Assembly: GCA_950097015.1 (NCBI GenBank)
Contig: CATNEN010000038.1
Coordinates: 14,012,001-14,076,000 of the forward strand
Reading direction: 5' to 3'
Length of the DNA: 64,000 bases
Source of the DNA: Macrostomum hystrix
Lineage: Eukaryota; Animalia; Platyhelminthes
Part shown: positions 14,446 to 25,587 of the stretch, in pieces
Position numbering within the stretch: position 1 is the stretch's first letter
Layout of the letters: each line of letters starts with the position of its first letter
The notes under the pieces: model-generated
Seen by the model: only the letters and a program-made list of their open reading frames with translations
The model's database searches: none
What the model was told of the DNA's origin: nothing
Made by a program: the position numbers and the translations under genes

Positions 14446-15517
14446 CTCTAACAGTTATCAACTGTCTAACAGTTACCAATTGTCTAACAGTTACCAACTG
14501 TCTAACAGTTACCAACTGTCTAACAGTTACCAACTGTCTAACAGTTACCAACTGTCTAACAGTTACCAACTGTCTAACAGTTACCAACTGTCTAACAGTT
14601 ACCAACTGTCTAACAGTTACCAACTGTCTAACAGTTACCAACTGTCTAACAGTTACCAATTGTCTAACAGTTACCAATTGTCTAACAGTTACCAACTGTC
14701 TAACAGTTACCAACTGGCTAACAGTTACCAACTGGCTAACAGTTACCAACTGTCTAACAGTTACTAATTGTCTAACAGTTACCAACTGTCTAACAGTTAC
14801 CAATTGTCTAACAGTTACCAACTGTCTAACAGTTACCAACTGTCTAACAGTTACCAACTGTCTAACAGTTACCAACTGTCTAACAGTTACCAACTGTCTA
14901 ACAGTTACCAACTGTCTAACAGTTACCAACTGTCTAACAGTTACCAACTGTCTAACAGTTACCAACTGTCTAACAGTTACCAACTGTCTAACAGTTACCA
15001 ACTGTCTAACAGTTACCAACTGTCTAACAGTTACCAATTGTCTAACAGTTACCAATTGTCTAACAGTTACCAACTGTCTAACAGTTATCAACTGTCTAAC
15101 AGTTACCAACTGTCTAACAGTTACCAATTGTCTAACAGTTACCAACTGTCTAACAGTTACCAATTGTCTAACAGTTACCAACTGTCTAACAGTTACCAAC
15201 TGTCTAATAGTTACCAATTGTCTAACAGTTATCAACTGTCTAACAGTTACCAACTGTCTAACAGTTATCAACTGTCTAACAGTTACCAACTGTCTAACAG
15301 TTACCAATTGTCTAACAGGTATCAATTGTCTAACAGTTACCAACTGTCTAACAGTTACCAACTGTCTAACAGTTACCAATTGTCTAACAGTTACCAATTG
15401 TCTAACAGTTACCAATTGTCTAACAGTTACCAACTGTCTAACAGTTACCAACTGTCTAACAGTTACCAACTGTCTAACAGTTATCAACTGTCTAACAGTT
15501 ATCAACTGTCGAACAGT
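14446..15517. repeat. 18-bp minisatellite (AACTGTCTAACAGTTACC), intergenic
   Basis: Tandem periodicity; the unit contains the inverted repeat AACTGT-CTA-ACAGTT. Confidence 0.97.
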
Positions 15518-15685
15518 GAACACAACGGCTTAAATAACAAAAGTAACTTTCAAAGGCAAACGGATGTTATTCTCTATATAACCATTGTGAAAAAACTCCT
15601 GCATTGTTTATAACTAAAACAGGAAATTTATTTTATAAAAAACTGCATATCCAAAGGACACTGCAGAATCATCAAATAAAAAGGA

Positions 15686-18042
15686 TGATGTGGAGTGTAC
15701 TTCGGAATCGAGTGGGGTTGTGAGCCAGCCAAATTTTTCCATTTTTAGCAAGTTAATAATCGCGACCCACATAGCAGCTGGCCGCAGAACACCATCATTA
15801 ATCTTAGGGCCAGACTTGGGGCGGAGGTGAATTAAGTAGCCGCCGATTCCCTTTGTCTCGGATCTGTCTAGTCCCCTGTAGGAGTGACTGATCGCGGAAA
15901 TAGCAATACTGTATGGACTAGTTTAGGTTATAATTCCCCTCCAAACCGCGATCAGATTGTCGGGATCACTCATGCGTTTAGAGTGAGCTTTAATTCTTCA
16001 TGTCCCTCTTCTTTACTGTAACCCGAGCCGAAGCTCGATTATGACCTTTCCCCCTTTAGATACATGTAACGACACTATAGGCAGGTCGGCGCCTGCGCTT
16101 CCCATATCCCGGCGGGATCACAATCATTGGCCGACTGCCGGCAGACGCTCCTAGTGGGGCATCTGGCGATTCTCGCCGCCGCTTTAGTGGGCAATTGGGG
16201 TGGCATTATGCCGACCCGATTCCTCGCTGACAGGCCGGCGAGCATGTGGGTTATTTTGATGAATGCGGGGTTGGCGGAGCTGCAGGACTATTTAAGAGAG
16301 CGCGCTGCGCTGCCCCTAGGACAACCTTTTTCTTTACCTTCCTTTTTCCTCTTTCCGGGAGCCTTTCCCGGCGACTTCCCTGCTCACCTTTTTCCCTTGT
16401 CCGGTCCCGGAACTCGGTCCGTGGACTCTCCCCCGTCTAGGCTAGCACCTAGTCCCTGAGCCTAAGGCTCCAGATCGTAGCAGCAGGCAACTACCTGCTA
16501 GTGCCCTTAAGCGCAAGCCACCTCCTTAGGTGCGCTCCAAATTGAGCCTTGAGCTCCCTGCAGTCTGGCCCCTTGCCAACTGTACTTAGCAATTCCCCAC
16601 CTTTCTCCCGTTCATTTGCATTCCCCGCGAGATCGACGGCCTGCAGCCTGTCAACCAGCGTATTCAGATAAGTAACCCGCGCAGCGGACTTTTATCGTTA
16701 TCCCTAAGGGATTTATTACCTAGCTAGTGGGCAATCGGGGCGAGGGCAGAGATTTGTTTTTAGCCTAATAAACTATTATTCATCTTAGTCGCCAATCATT
16801 TAACTATTAGGCAATTTAGTAACAATTTAAATCACTTTCTATCATGCTGTTATTTCCCCTTTATTTTCTCATTAGACAGCCCTCAATCATGAGTGGCTAA
16901 TTCACTAGGGGAATGGGCTCTGGCGAGGCCGAGCTGAAAGCTGCGGCAAGAAGGCTACTGTGAGCGCGCATGAGAGTAATATGGAGCTAGGGATTTGCGA
17001 GCTAAATGCGGGATGTAGCGTGTGCATTTCTGCCTACGAGGTGGGGGATTCCTTGGCCGGCTTTCCTCACTCTCTCGGCGGGTTCCAGTGTATGCGTCAA
17101 GTTCCTTTGCCAATTTGAATTCTCCCTCTTTTCCCCGCCTTTCGCAACCGCGGCCATGGGAGCGAGAGGCGTGATCTAATAATTTCCTGCTTGCATAATC
17201 ACTCAGCCAGTGTTCAGCTTAATCTCTCCTGCCTCTGTTCTCCTCAACTCACACAGAATCGGCTTGCTAGTTATCTAATGAGTAGGCTGCAGTCTAATGT
17301 ACGGAATGTGTCTAATGTCTCATGAGTAGGATCCTGGCTATGGATTTCTCATTCGGGTTCGGAGTACCACCTTTCTAGACCACTGTAGCGCAGTTTCAGG
17401 AATCCCCTTGTGAGGCGTGACTCGATCCATTCTGGGGTTCTCGCCCTAGTCTAAAACGGAAGTTACAGAATGCTCTATTTTTCGGCTTGTCTAAGATCTG
17501 TGTGACAAACTGGGAGCTGCGAGCTCCGGGGACCCAAGTTCCCAAATGTCTGCGGTGGCAACGTAGGCGCATTGGGTGGTGGCGCTACCTTCGATCATTA
17601 TCCGCTTTGCCGATAGCCTTTCCGCATTTCTAAGACAAGAGCCTAGGCCGAGTCGACCACTGCTACCAAAGTTAGGAGTCAGTTACGAACATGCTACTGA
17701 TGACAGTAGGCTATCTAGCCCTGTCCTATTCGCTTGCGGGTAGTCCGACATCTATTTAGACTTTTAGCCGGTTTCGAGCACTGCTTGGGGTGGGCACGGC
17801 AGTCATGCCTGTGGCCTATGGGTTGGGTGGGACTGGCCAGCCTGAGGCCAATAGGACCACTCACTTGCATCCTTTGTACCGCCTCATCTCTCCCTTCATC
17901 TCTCCCTTCATCCCTCCCTTCGTCATCCCTCTCTGCGACAACTCGCGGCAGCAGCGATCGACCTCCGACTCTATCGTCGTTTCCCACACTCCTATCTTTC
18001 ATGAGGGCGGTCATCGGCTAGCAAAAGACCCGCACTATTTCA
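15686..18042 (+). repeat. 5' LTR (2357 bp)
   Basis: Begins TGATGTGGAG, ends CACTATTTCA; TATA-like TATTTAA at 16289-16295 and AATAAA at 16767-16772. Confidence 0.97.
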
Positions 18043-18043
18043 A

Positions 18044-18062
18044 TGGTGGCAGCGGTGGGATT
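18044..18062 (+). promoter_or_regulatory. Primer-binding site complementary to the tRNA-Leu 3' end
   Basis: TGGTGGCAGCGGTGGGATT lies 1 nt after the LTR; it is the reverse complement of ...AATCCCACCGCTGCCA-CCA, the 3' end of animal tRNA-Leu(AAG/TAG) as I recall it. Confidence 0.9.
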
Positions 18063-19364
18063 TAGAAAGGGCGCGAAACGAACCTGAATTTTTCAATTGT
18101 TAGTTTAGCGCCGCAGATTTCTGTGGTAGTTAGCCGTAAGGGCTTCTTCTAGATTTCATCTTCCGTACGCCTAAATCTTATCTCTAGAGACTGGACTTCA
18201 GTTCGAGTAACTGTCAATTAATTTTCTTTGAACAGTTTCAATTTGATTCGGACTTTAATGTAAGGATTTTGTTAGGATTTCCAAAATTTCTGATTAGTGA
18301 CTTTCTACTAAGAGTAGGCTGTGTGAGCGGACTTCATGCTAGAGTGTCTTCGGGTTATGTGGCTGCTGCAGGAGTCAGGGACTGTCTGTGGGGTTTCCCG
18401 CGTGACTGTTCTGGGAGGGGCCAATCTTAACGAAGGACCGGGCCATGCCGGTCAGGCCTCCTAACCGAGCGAAGTGAGCCCCCGGCAATGCAGCCGGGAA
18501 CCGATGACTCGCTGAGCACCGGGGGTTGGTTCTCTTGGGCAGCTTGTAGGCCTGCTTACGTGTACCTGATTCTGAAAGTGTCACATAGCTTTGATCAAGT
18601 CTGACTTTGGTGGGGAACAGTTAGGGAGGTGGGACCTTCTGGGAGGTCTAGCGACCCCCGTGCCCGCCTCTCGAAGCTGCCTACTTTAAGTATGGGCTAG
18701 AATTCGGTCGGCGCGTCTTTCTAAGAAACTCTCTGAGGGATGGTCTAAACGGCGAAACCGGGCTCTAAGCCACGGACCCCTAACCGAGCGAGGTCTCAGA
18801 TGTATAATTCCTGGGATCCCCAGCCTCGTAATCGCGGAGGCGAAGCCCCCGGCCATCCCCACCGGGAAGGGCCCTCTGAGCGAATCGGGGATTAGCCTTC
18901 TTTGAATGACTTTTTGAGTCGCGTACTTTCCAAGGTAGGGAGATAGGCTGCTGCAGGCGCAAGCTTGCAGTAGTACTGGCCCCGCCGTACCTATAGTGTA
19001 ACAGTCTGCTATAGGGTTGCTGAATGAGTGCTAAGTTAAAACCTGGACTTCTATGTCCCAAACTTAAGTGCGCGCAAGCAGTTGTCGGTAGCCAAGGCTG
19101 GAAGCAAAGCTAGCCAGGGCCCTGGGCCCTTTTTCTCTCTCATTGATCTTTGATCTCATTTTTGTTGTAGGATTGTTTGCTAGGAATAAGGAATTTGCTC
19201 GCCATTAATTAGGGCTGGATTTGACAACTCAGGCCATTCTCTTTCCCTCTCGCACGACCCCCGGTCGTGATCTGTGTTCCCCTTTTTCTCCTTCCCCATT
19301 GTTGCATTAGCGACAAACACCCCTTTTTAATTCGCAAAACCCTCATTTTCTCTTTTGGTCGAAA

Positions 19365-22300
19365 ATGTCCGACCAGGAGGATGAGGTCGTCGAGGCAATC
19401 GGCGCCCCCCGTCCAATCAAAAATCGGGCTGTCTCCGCAGAGAGATGCCAGGAGAGGCGCCCCCTTCCTGCAACTGCAGCCTCGGGTACCTCTAGAACGG
19501 ATCCGTGGAAGGTCCATCGGCACCTTCTTGAGATGCTGCAATCAATTAAGTCCGATTTGCAATCGCTTAACGGCCCAGTGCACTCCCCGGTGTCGTGGCA
19601 CTCGGCTGCCACCCAGACGGAAGGTGAGCGTCCACAGGTTGTCAGGCCGGCGTACGGTTTCCGAATCCCGGTGGAGCCATTCGACCAAGGTCGCTCCGAC
19701 ATTGCCTCCTGGATGCTTCGGCTGGAGGCAAAATTCCAATTTGAGGAGGTCGCCGATGATAAGGCCAAGAACGTGACCTGTTACAGCCTGCTGCCGGAGG
19801 AGATGCAGCTAGAGTGTCTCCTGACGGTTGATTTTGATGGCCCCTTTGAGCACTTCCGAGCCAAAGTGTTAGACGGCTGCCTGGATTCCAGGTTGCCGTT
19901 AACTAAGAAGCGCACGGTCGAGCGCCTGCAGCCACGTTCAGGGGAGGCTCCTGAGGTGTTCTTAGTGCGGCTGAGGAAGCTCGTGGAGTGGGCTTATGCC
20001 GAATACCCAGAGGACTGGCGACAGAACGAGCTCAAACGGCTCTATCTGCAGAACGGCCACTTCGGCTACAACTTTGCCTTCGAGGCATTCCAGGCGAAGG
20101 ACTGGACCCCGGAAGGCACGGTGTTTGAGCAGCGGAGGTCCGAGGAGGCTGACCGCGTCGCGCACGAAATCGAAAGCGAGCGACTAAGTTCAGCCTCTGA
20201 GGATGCTTCGGTGTATCAGAGCTGTGCGTCCCCGGTGAGCAGCCCTCCTCGAGCCGCGGTCAGGGCGGTAGAGGCAGCTGACGAAGCTGGCCCCGCAGAA
20301 CTCAGAAATGGAGTGGAGAAGGTGGGAGTCGGCTCCCAACTAACGGCTGAGCAGGAAAGGCAGCTGGGAGACTTGTTGCGGGCCAACGCCGACTTGTTCG
20401 CCGACCAGGAGGAGGACCTGACGGTCACGAGCGTGGTCCAGCATGAGGTCACGCTGACTGACCCCCGGCCCGTGAAGTCGGCGCCGCGGAGGATTCCCCA
20501 GGCCTACCTCGAGGAGGTGCAGCAGATGGCAAGGGAGTGGTTGGAGACCGGGAAGGTCAGCCGCTCGACCAGCTCTTACTGCTCGCCGCTGGTGCTGGTC
20601 AAGAAGAAGGACGGCTCTCTACGGGTCTGCATCGACTATAGGGAGCTCAACGAGCGGAGTGTGTCAGAGGTCACGCCGCTGCCACGCATCGACGAACTGT
20701 TGGCATCGTTGCATGGGTCCTCTTACTTCACCACCCTGGACCTCCGCAGCGGGTACCACCAAGTGCCCATGCACGAAACTTGCAAATCATACACCGCATT
20801 CGCCGTCCCGGGAGTCGGGTTACTGCAGTGGAATGTGATGCCATTCGGGCTGAAGGGTGCACCAAGCACATTCTCCCGCTTGATGAACCTGGTGCTGGCA
20901 GGCGTGCCACAGCATGAGGCCATGGCGTACATCGACGACGTCATCGTGCACTCTGCTACCTTCGAGGAACACCTAGTCCGGCTCCAGAAGACATTCGATC
21001 GTCTTCGGGCGGCTAATTTGAAGATGAAGCCATCAAAGTGCTTCCTCGCGCAGCCCGAGATCTCTTTCCTCGGACATACGGTGTCGGGAACAGGCATCGC
21101 GACTGACCCTCATAAAACATGTGCGTTGACCACGTGGCCACGGCCGCGTACAGCCACTGACGTCCGCTCATTCTTAGGCGCGGTGGGCTACTACCGTGAT
21201 TTCGTGCCCGAGTACAGCCGCCTCTCGGCACCTCTTTGTGAACTCACCAAAAAGGGCCTCGTGGATATAGAACCCCTCTGGGACGACCGGCACGAGGCCG
21301 CGTTCGAGGAGCTGAAGGCGCGGATGGTCGAGGCGCCAGTGCTGGCCCACCCGAGTTTCGAAAAGGGCGCAGGGCGTTTCATCCTCGACTGTGACGCCAG
21401 TCTGGAGTCCTTGGGGGCGGTGTTGAGTCAAGAACAGCCGGACGGGACGGAGAGGGTCTTGGCCTATGGCAGTAAGGCCTTATCCGCATCTCAGCGGAAC
21501 TACTGCGTCACTAAGTTAGAAATGCTGAGCCTCGTGTACTTCACTAGGAAGTACAGGTACTACCTACTGGGCCGCCGGTTCTTGGTCCGAACCGACCACA
21601 GTTCCCTCCAGTGGCTGCGGAGCTTTAAGGAGCCAACTGGCATGTATGCTCGGTGGGTGCAGCACCTGTCGCTATACGACTTCGACCTGGAGTATAGGAA
21701 GGGCAGCCTCCATACCAACGCCGACGCATTGAGTCGCCGGCCTAGACAGAGACACGGAGATTGCCCCGTCTGTCGGCCGTTGGAGCCCGGCAGCGAGGAA
21801 GAAAGTGAGGACGAAGGGATGGTGGTAAACGCCGTCGCGGCAGTCATGGAGCCGCCGCTGCAGCCCGAGGAGCTGCTGGCCCAGCAGGTCGCCGACCCGG
21901 TGATCCATTGGATACTGCAAGCGAAGGTCAACGGTCTGGCCGCCCCAGTTCCGGCCGCGGTCCCGGAGTTGACCGCCAAGCAGAAGGTTGCGTTGAAGAA
22001 GGTGGTGCCCTACTGGGACCTCTTGAGAGTGGAGGAGCAGCTGCTCAAAATTCAGGTGCACGCTCCCCCCCGGCCGCCGCTGTGGGTGCTCCCAGCAAGC
22101 CTCGATGAACAGGCTTTCCACTCGTGTCATAACGGGACCTTGGCCGGGCATTTCGGGCGTCAAAAGACCCTGGGGCGTGTCGGCCAGCGGTTTTGGCGAC
22201 CAGGACTCCGCGCTTCGATGCAGAAGCTGTGTGCGCAGTGCCACGTCTGCCTGTGCAGCAAGAAGGGTCGCAGAGCCCAGGCTCCGCCGCAGCCATGGGA

Positions 22301-23504
22301 GAAGAGCCCGAAGTTCTCACGGATTCACCTGGACTTTGTCGGCCCACTCGGCCGCGGCGGTCAGAGCATCCTCACGATCGTGGATAGCTATTCCGGCTGG
22401 GTCGAGGCGTTCCCTGTGGCCAACCAAACTGCTAAGGCAGTCACGAGGATCCTGTCCACAGAGTTCATCCCACGGTTCGGGGTGCCCGATTGGATCCATA
22501 GTGACCAGGGCGCCCAATTCGAGTCGAGCCATTTCCGCGACTTTTGTCGGCAGCTGGGCATACGGAAGACCAGGACCACGCCCTACCACCCACAAGGCAA
22601 CGGCATGGCGGAGTCCCAGCACCGCACACTGAAGACGCTGTTGACAACAGCCGTGGGTCGCCACCAAGAGAAGTGGAAGTCACACCTGGGCACTTGCCTT
22701 GCCGCCATGAGGTCCGCCGAACACACTTTGACCGGATTCTCACCATTCTTCTTGGTGTATGGGCAAGAAGCCAGGCTGCCCGTAGACGTGGCACTGGCCG
22801 CGCCGGCCGAAGCACCTGCGCCCCATCATTACGCGGAGCAGCTCTTGCAGAACCTGGAAGAGGCACAAGTGCAGCTGCAGGAGCAATTTAGTCAGAAGCT
22901 CCAGGCGCAGGCCCGAATGGGGGACAGGCAACGGAAAACGGAGCTCGAGGTAGGGGCCGTAGTGTACCTGGCCCGCCATCAGATCGAAGGCTGGGAGATC
23001 CCCAAATTTCACCAGGCCTACTCAGGACCGTGGAAGGTGGTCGCGAAGCCGGGCGTGTCGGTTTACGACATCGCGCCGGTGACCCCGCAGCCCGGCCGAC
23101 AACAGACGTACCGGGTACACCGCGACAACTTGCGAGCCGTTCCCAAGGAGGCCGGGGAAGCCCGACCAACCCAGGAGGCGGGCGAGAGACGACCAAGGCA
23201 GGTGCAGCGTGGGCCCGGCCGGCCACCCGTGCGGCCCAGGCCAGCCTCACCCCCGCCGAGGATGTTAAGGGCGGAAAGCGAGCCCGACGACCAGTGGAGC
23301 GACGGCTCCTCTGATTCCGGGGAGTACTGGATTGACCTCGAGGAGCCGCCGCCGCAAAGGATGGACGAAGGCCCGCGAGTGTTGAGGCCCCGGGAAGGCA
23401 TCCGACCCCCCGAGCGCTGGGGCTATGCCCGGAGGATTCTCCTCGGCGAGCCCGAATCTGACCCGGAATCCTGGGCGAGGACCAACGGCCACGACCCAGG
23501 CTAG
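19365..23504 (+). CDS. gag-pol: Gag(capsid)-RT-RNase H-integrase polyprotein, 1379 aa, no recognisable protease
   Basis: Capsid MHR-like QPRSGEAPEVFLVRLRKL; RT SPLVLVKKKDGSLRVCIDYRELN, LDLRSGYHQ, MPFGL, YIDD; RNase H DAS, KLEML, TDH, NADALSR; IN H..H..CxxC, HLDF, HSDQG, NGMAE (DDE) and a GPW module. Confidence 0.97.
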   Translation: MSDQEDEVVEAIGAPRPIKNRAVSAERCQERRPLPATAASGTSRTDPWKVHRHLLEMLQSIKSDLQSLNGPVHSPVSWHSAATQTEGERPQVVRPAYGFRIPVEPFDQGRSDIASWMLRLEAKFQFEEVADDKAKNVTCYSLLPEEMQLECLLTVDFDGPFEHFRAKVLDGCLDSRLPLTKKRTVERLQPRSGEAPEVFLVRLRKLVEWAYAEYPEDWRQNELKRLYLQNGHFGYNFAFEAFQAKDWTPEGTVFEQRRSEEADRVAHEIESERLSSASEDASVYQSCASPVSSPPRAAVRAVEAADEAGPAELRNGVEKVGVGSQLTAEQERQLGDLLRANADLFADQEEDLTVTSVVQHEVTLTDPRPVKSAPRRIPQAYLEEVQQMAREWLETGKVSRSTSSYCSPLVLVKKKDGSLRVCIDYRELNERSVSEVTPLPRIDELLASLHGSSYFTTLDLRSGYHQVPMHETCKSYTAFAVPGVGLLQWNVMPFGLKGAPSTFSRLMNLVLAGVPQHEAMAYIDDVIVHSATFEEHLVRLQKTFDRLRAANLKMKPSKCFLAQPEISFLGHTVSGTGIATDPHKTCALTTWPRPRTATDVRSFLGAVGYYRDFVPEYSRLSAPLCELTKKGLVDIEPLWDDRHEAAFEELKARMVEAPVLAHPSFEKGAGRFILDCDASLESLGAVLSQEQPDGTERVLAYGSKALSASQRNYCVTKLEMLSLVYFTRKYRYYLLGRRFLVRTDHSSLQWLRSFKEPTGMYARWVQHLSLYDFDLEYRKGSLHTNADALSRRPRQRHGDCPVCRPLEPGSEEESEDEGMVVNAVAAVMEPPLQPEELLAQQVADPVIHWILQAKVNGLAAPVPAAVPELTAKQKVALKKVVPYWDLLRVEEQLLKIQVHAPPRPPLWVLPASLDEQAFHSCHNGTLAGHFGRQKTLGRVGQRFWRPGLRASMQKLCAQCHVCLCSKKGRRAQAPPQPWEKSPKFSRIHLDFVGPLGRGGQSILTIVDSYSGWVEAFPVANQTAKAVTRILSTEFIPRFGVPDWIHSDQGAQFESSHFRDFCRQLGIRKTRTTPYHPQGNGMAESQHRTLKTLLTTAVGRHQEKWKSHLGTCLAAMRSAEHTLTGFSPFFLVYGQEARLPVDVALAAPAEAPAPHHYAEQLLQNLEEAQVQLQEQFSQKLQAQARMGDRQRKTELEVGAVVYLARHQIEGWEIPKFHQAYSGPWKVVAKPGVSVYDIAPVTPQPGRQQTYRVHRDNLRAVPKEAGEARPTQEAGERRPRQVQRGPGRPPVRPRPASPPPRMLRAESEPDDQWSDGSSDSGEYWIDLEEPPPQRMDEGPRVLRPREGIRPPERWGYARRILLGEPESDPESWARTNGHDPG

Positions 23505-23710
23505 GGAAAGGTAGCTCCCGCTGCGGGTGCCCCGAAGCACTCACTCGGCCGTGCTAGGCGACCGAGCCCCACTGGAGACCTCGTTGGGGAAGCGATCCCC
23601 CATTCTGTTACCCTTTTTGCTCCTTTCTCCTATTGTGCACGCCTTCCTTTTTCATCAAAGCCGCCTTGGCACAAAAATCTCATAAAAATTCTTATAATTT
23701 AGCCAGAAAC

Positions 23711-24267
23711 CCAAAAACATACCTAGTGGGGTGAAATTCCCCTAGTACTTTTTCGCATGAGATGCCTATCTAATTGTAGCAACCTAGGGCATGCACCTTC
23801 TTTTCTTAAAGAGCATTTTACTTTAATCGCACCACATCATGCATGGCACCTCTGCCTTATCTTGTTCATATTGGTGGGTCTGTGGGAGTTCAATTTAGGA
23901 CAACTTCTAAATTAGGAGGGACACCAACCCGCTAAAGTGAGCGGGGTGGTATGCCATGGGAAATTCTATGTTTCTTTAAGGGTGGGAAGGCGGTTTCAAA
24001 TCAAAAAGGCCATCTCGGCGCCAAATCCTCTTAAAAACTCATATAAACTAGTCAAAATCCAAAAACATATTTAGTGGGGTGAAATTCCCCTTCGTAAGAA
24101 TTTTCGCATGAAACATTTTCGTAATAACTGCCGCAAACTAGGGTTCGCACCTACTTTTCGCAAAACTTGCTTATCTTACATGTTCTCCATGCTTGGTTTC
24201 GGGAATTTAGCTATGCCGGCTCTATTTAGGGGGTATACCAACCCGCTAAAGTGAGCGGGGTGGTATG
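23711..24267 (+). repeat. Diverged tandem duplication (period ~315-350 bp) in the retroelement 3' region, with conserved hairpins
   Basis: CCAAAAACATA..TAGTGGGGTGAAATTCCCCT at 23711 and 24059; identical 31-mer at 23923-23953 and 24237-24267. Confidence 0.85.
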
Positions 24268-24769
24268 TTTCGGGAGTTTTTCTTAATGTTTGTTTAAAGA
24301 GTGGGCGGTTGTAAATCAAGAGGCCGGTAGGGCCGGGTATTCAAATTCTAGGGGAGACAATCTGGCTGTTTCAATGAGCGACAGATTTCAAAATGATAAT
24401 TTTTCTTTTGTTAGGGCTAGAAAAGGCAAAAAGAAACATTATTTGGGGAGCCAGAAGTTAGCGGCTGGGCATTCAAATCTAGGTACCTGGAGGGGTAGAA
24501 TAGTAATAAATCGTACGAATTAAGGTTCCAGACGTTTCGAAAACTCATTAACAGTCTATTAGTTTTTTTCGGTTACTAGGCAATCGTAAAATTTGAGCAG
24601 TAATGTTTCATCTAGGAAGGAAGTCGGACACAGATAGCGGATTCTCTTTTACATTTCAAATAGTGGCGGTTTATTTGCATGATAATGTGGCACAGTTTGG
24701 CGAAGATGCCTACAGTCAAGTGATGATAGTGGTAGCAGATAGCAGTTCAGAGGGTGGTAGTGGTCGCCG

Positions 24770-25406
24770 TTACATCAGTAAAATCAGTACGAAAAGCACG
24801 ATGGCTGCGATCGCCACTCCGGCAGCCAGGGCCATGCCCAGCGGGCCCCGAATAAAACTCGAAACGATGGCCGCCAGGTCGGCCTCGCGGCCTTCGGGCA
24901 CGTTAATGTCTGCAAGAGCAAGGTGGATGAGTAGTTTAGTAAGGCGCAGTGGCGTTCTGCGGGCGGAAGTTTCAAATGGTGACACCCAGGGTGGGGGGGG
25001 AAGTGTAGGTTTATCAATGCCAACTTACTCATCACAAACGACACCGATATGGGGCCACCCGACGCGGTCCGGCGTCGAGGCTCCGGTTCGAAGGCACCGA
25101 GCGGGTAGCTGCTGAAAGCGAAGAGTGGTGTAGTCCGATTAGGAATGGAAGAATAGAGGTGGCAATCGCAGACTAAGTAACTTTCAATTTAATCAATCAT
25201 TAACTCAGGAAGGGTTCCTTTTTCGCAGTTTTGGGGTCGGGGTCAATTTCAGATTCTCGGGATAAATGGCGTGCCGTGGGTAGGGGGAACTCTAGTTATC
25301 CTAATTATTATGACATAACCCTCGCAATTATCCTTAATAACCGGCCTTGGGGGGCCGAGTAGAAGCAAATAACTCACCTTTCGTCTTCAGGTTGCTGCTG
25401 GGCCAT
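24770..25406 (-). CDS. Predicted 3-exon antisense gene inside the retrotransposon, 83-aa protein with C-terminal transmembrane helix
   Basis: Exons 25406-25378, 25111-25029, 24909-24770. Donors AG|GTGAGT and A|GTAAGT; acceptors CTCTTCGCTTTCAG| and TTGCTCTTGCAG|; phases 2 and 1 join in frame. First ATG after the TATA, in ATAATGG context. AATAAA at 24675-24670. Confidence 0.75.
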
Positions 25407-25587
25407 TATGTAGTCAAGACGTACGCGATAGTTGGTATCGATGCTGGTCACAGTGTAGACTTAGATGGCAAATGTGTAGTTTTTCCTTCTTGCCGTTAAT
25501 CACAAGGATGTTAGGTTCAGTATGGCGGAATTAGCAGTTGTTTAGGAGATAAAGAGGCTTTGGGTTAATGGGGCGTCAAGTGTTTGC

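Noticed and set aside
17715-18065. Short ORFs in the LTR (and their copies in the 3' LTR), including a minus-strand GTGAGT donor near 17866
   Set aside because: No recognisable domain, and I could not assemble a promoter-exon-polyA model.
24603-25115. 170-aa plus-strand ORF as an env candidate
   Set aside because: No signal peptide, furin site or TM anchor; better explained as the shadow of the antisense gene.
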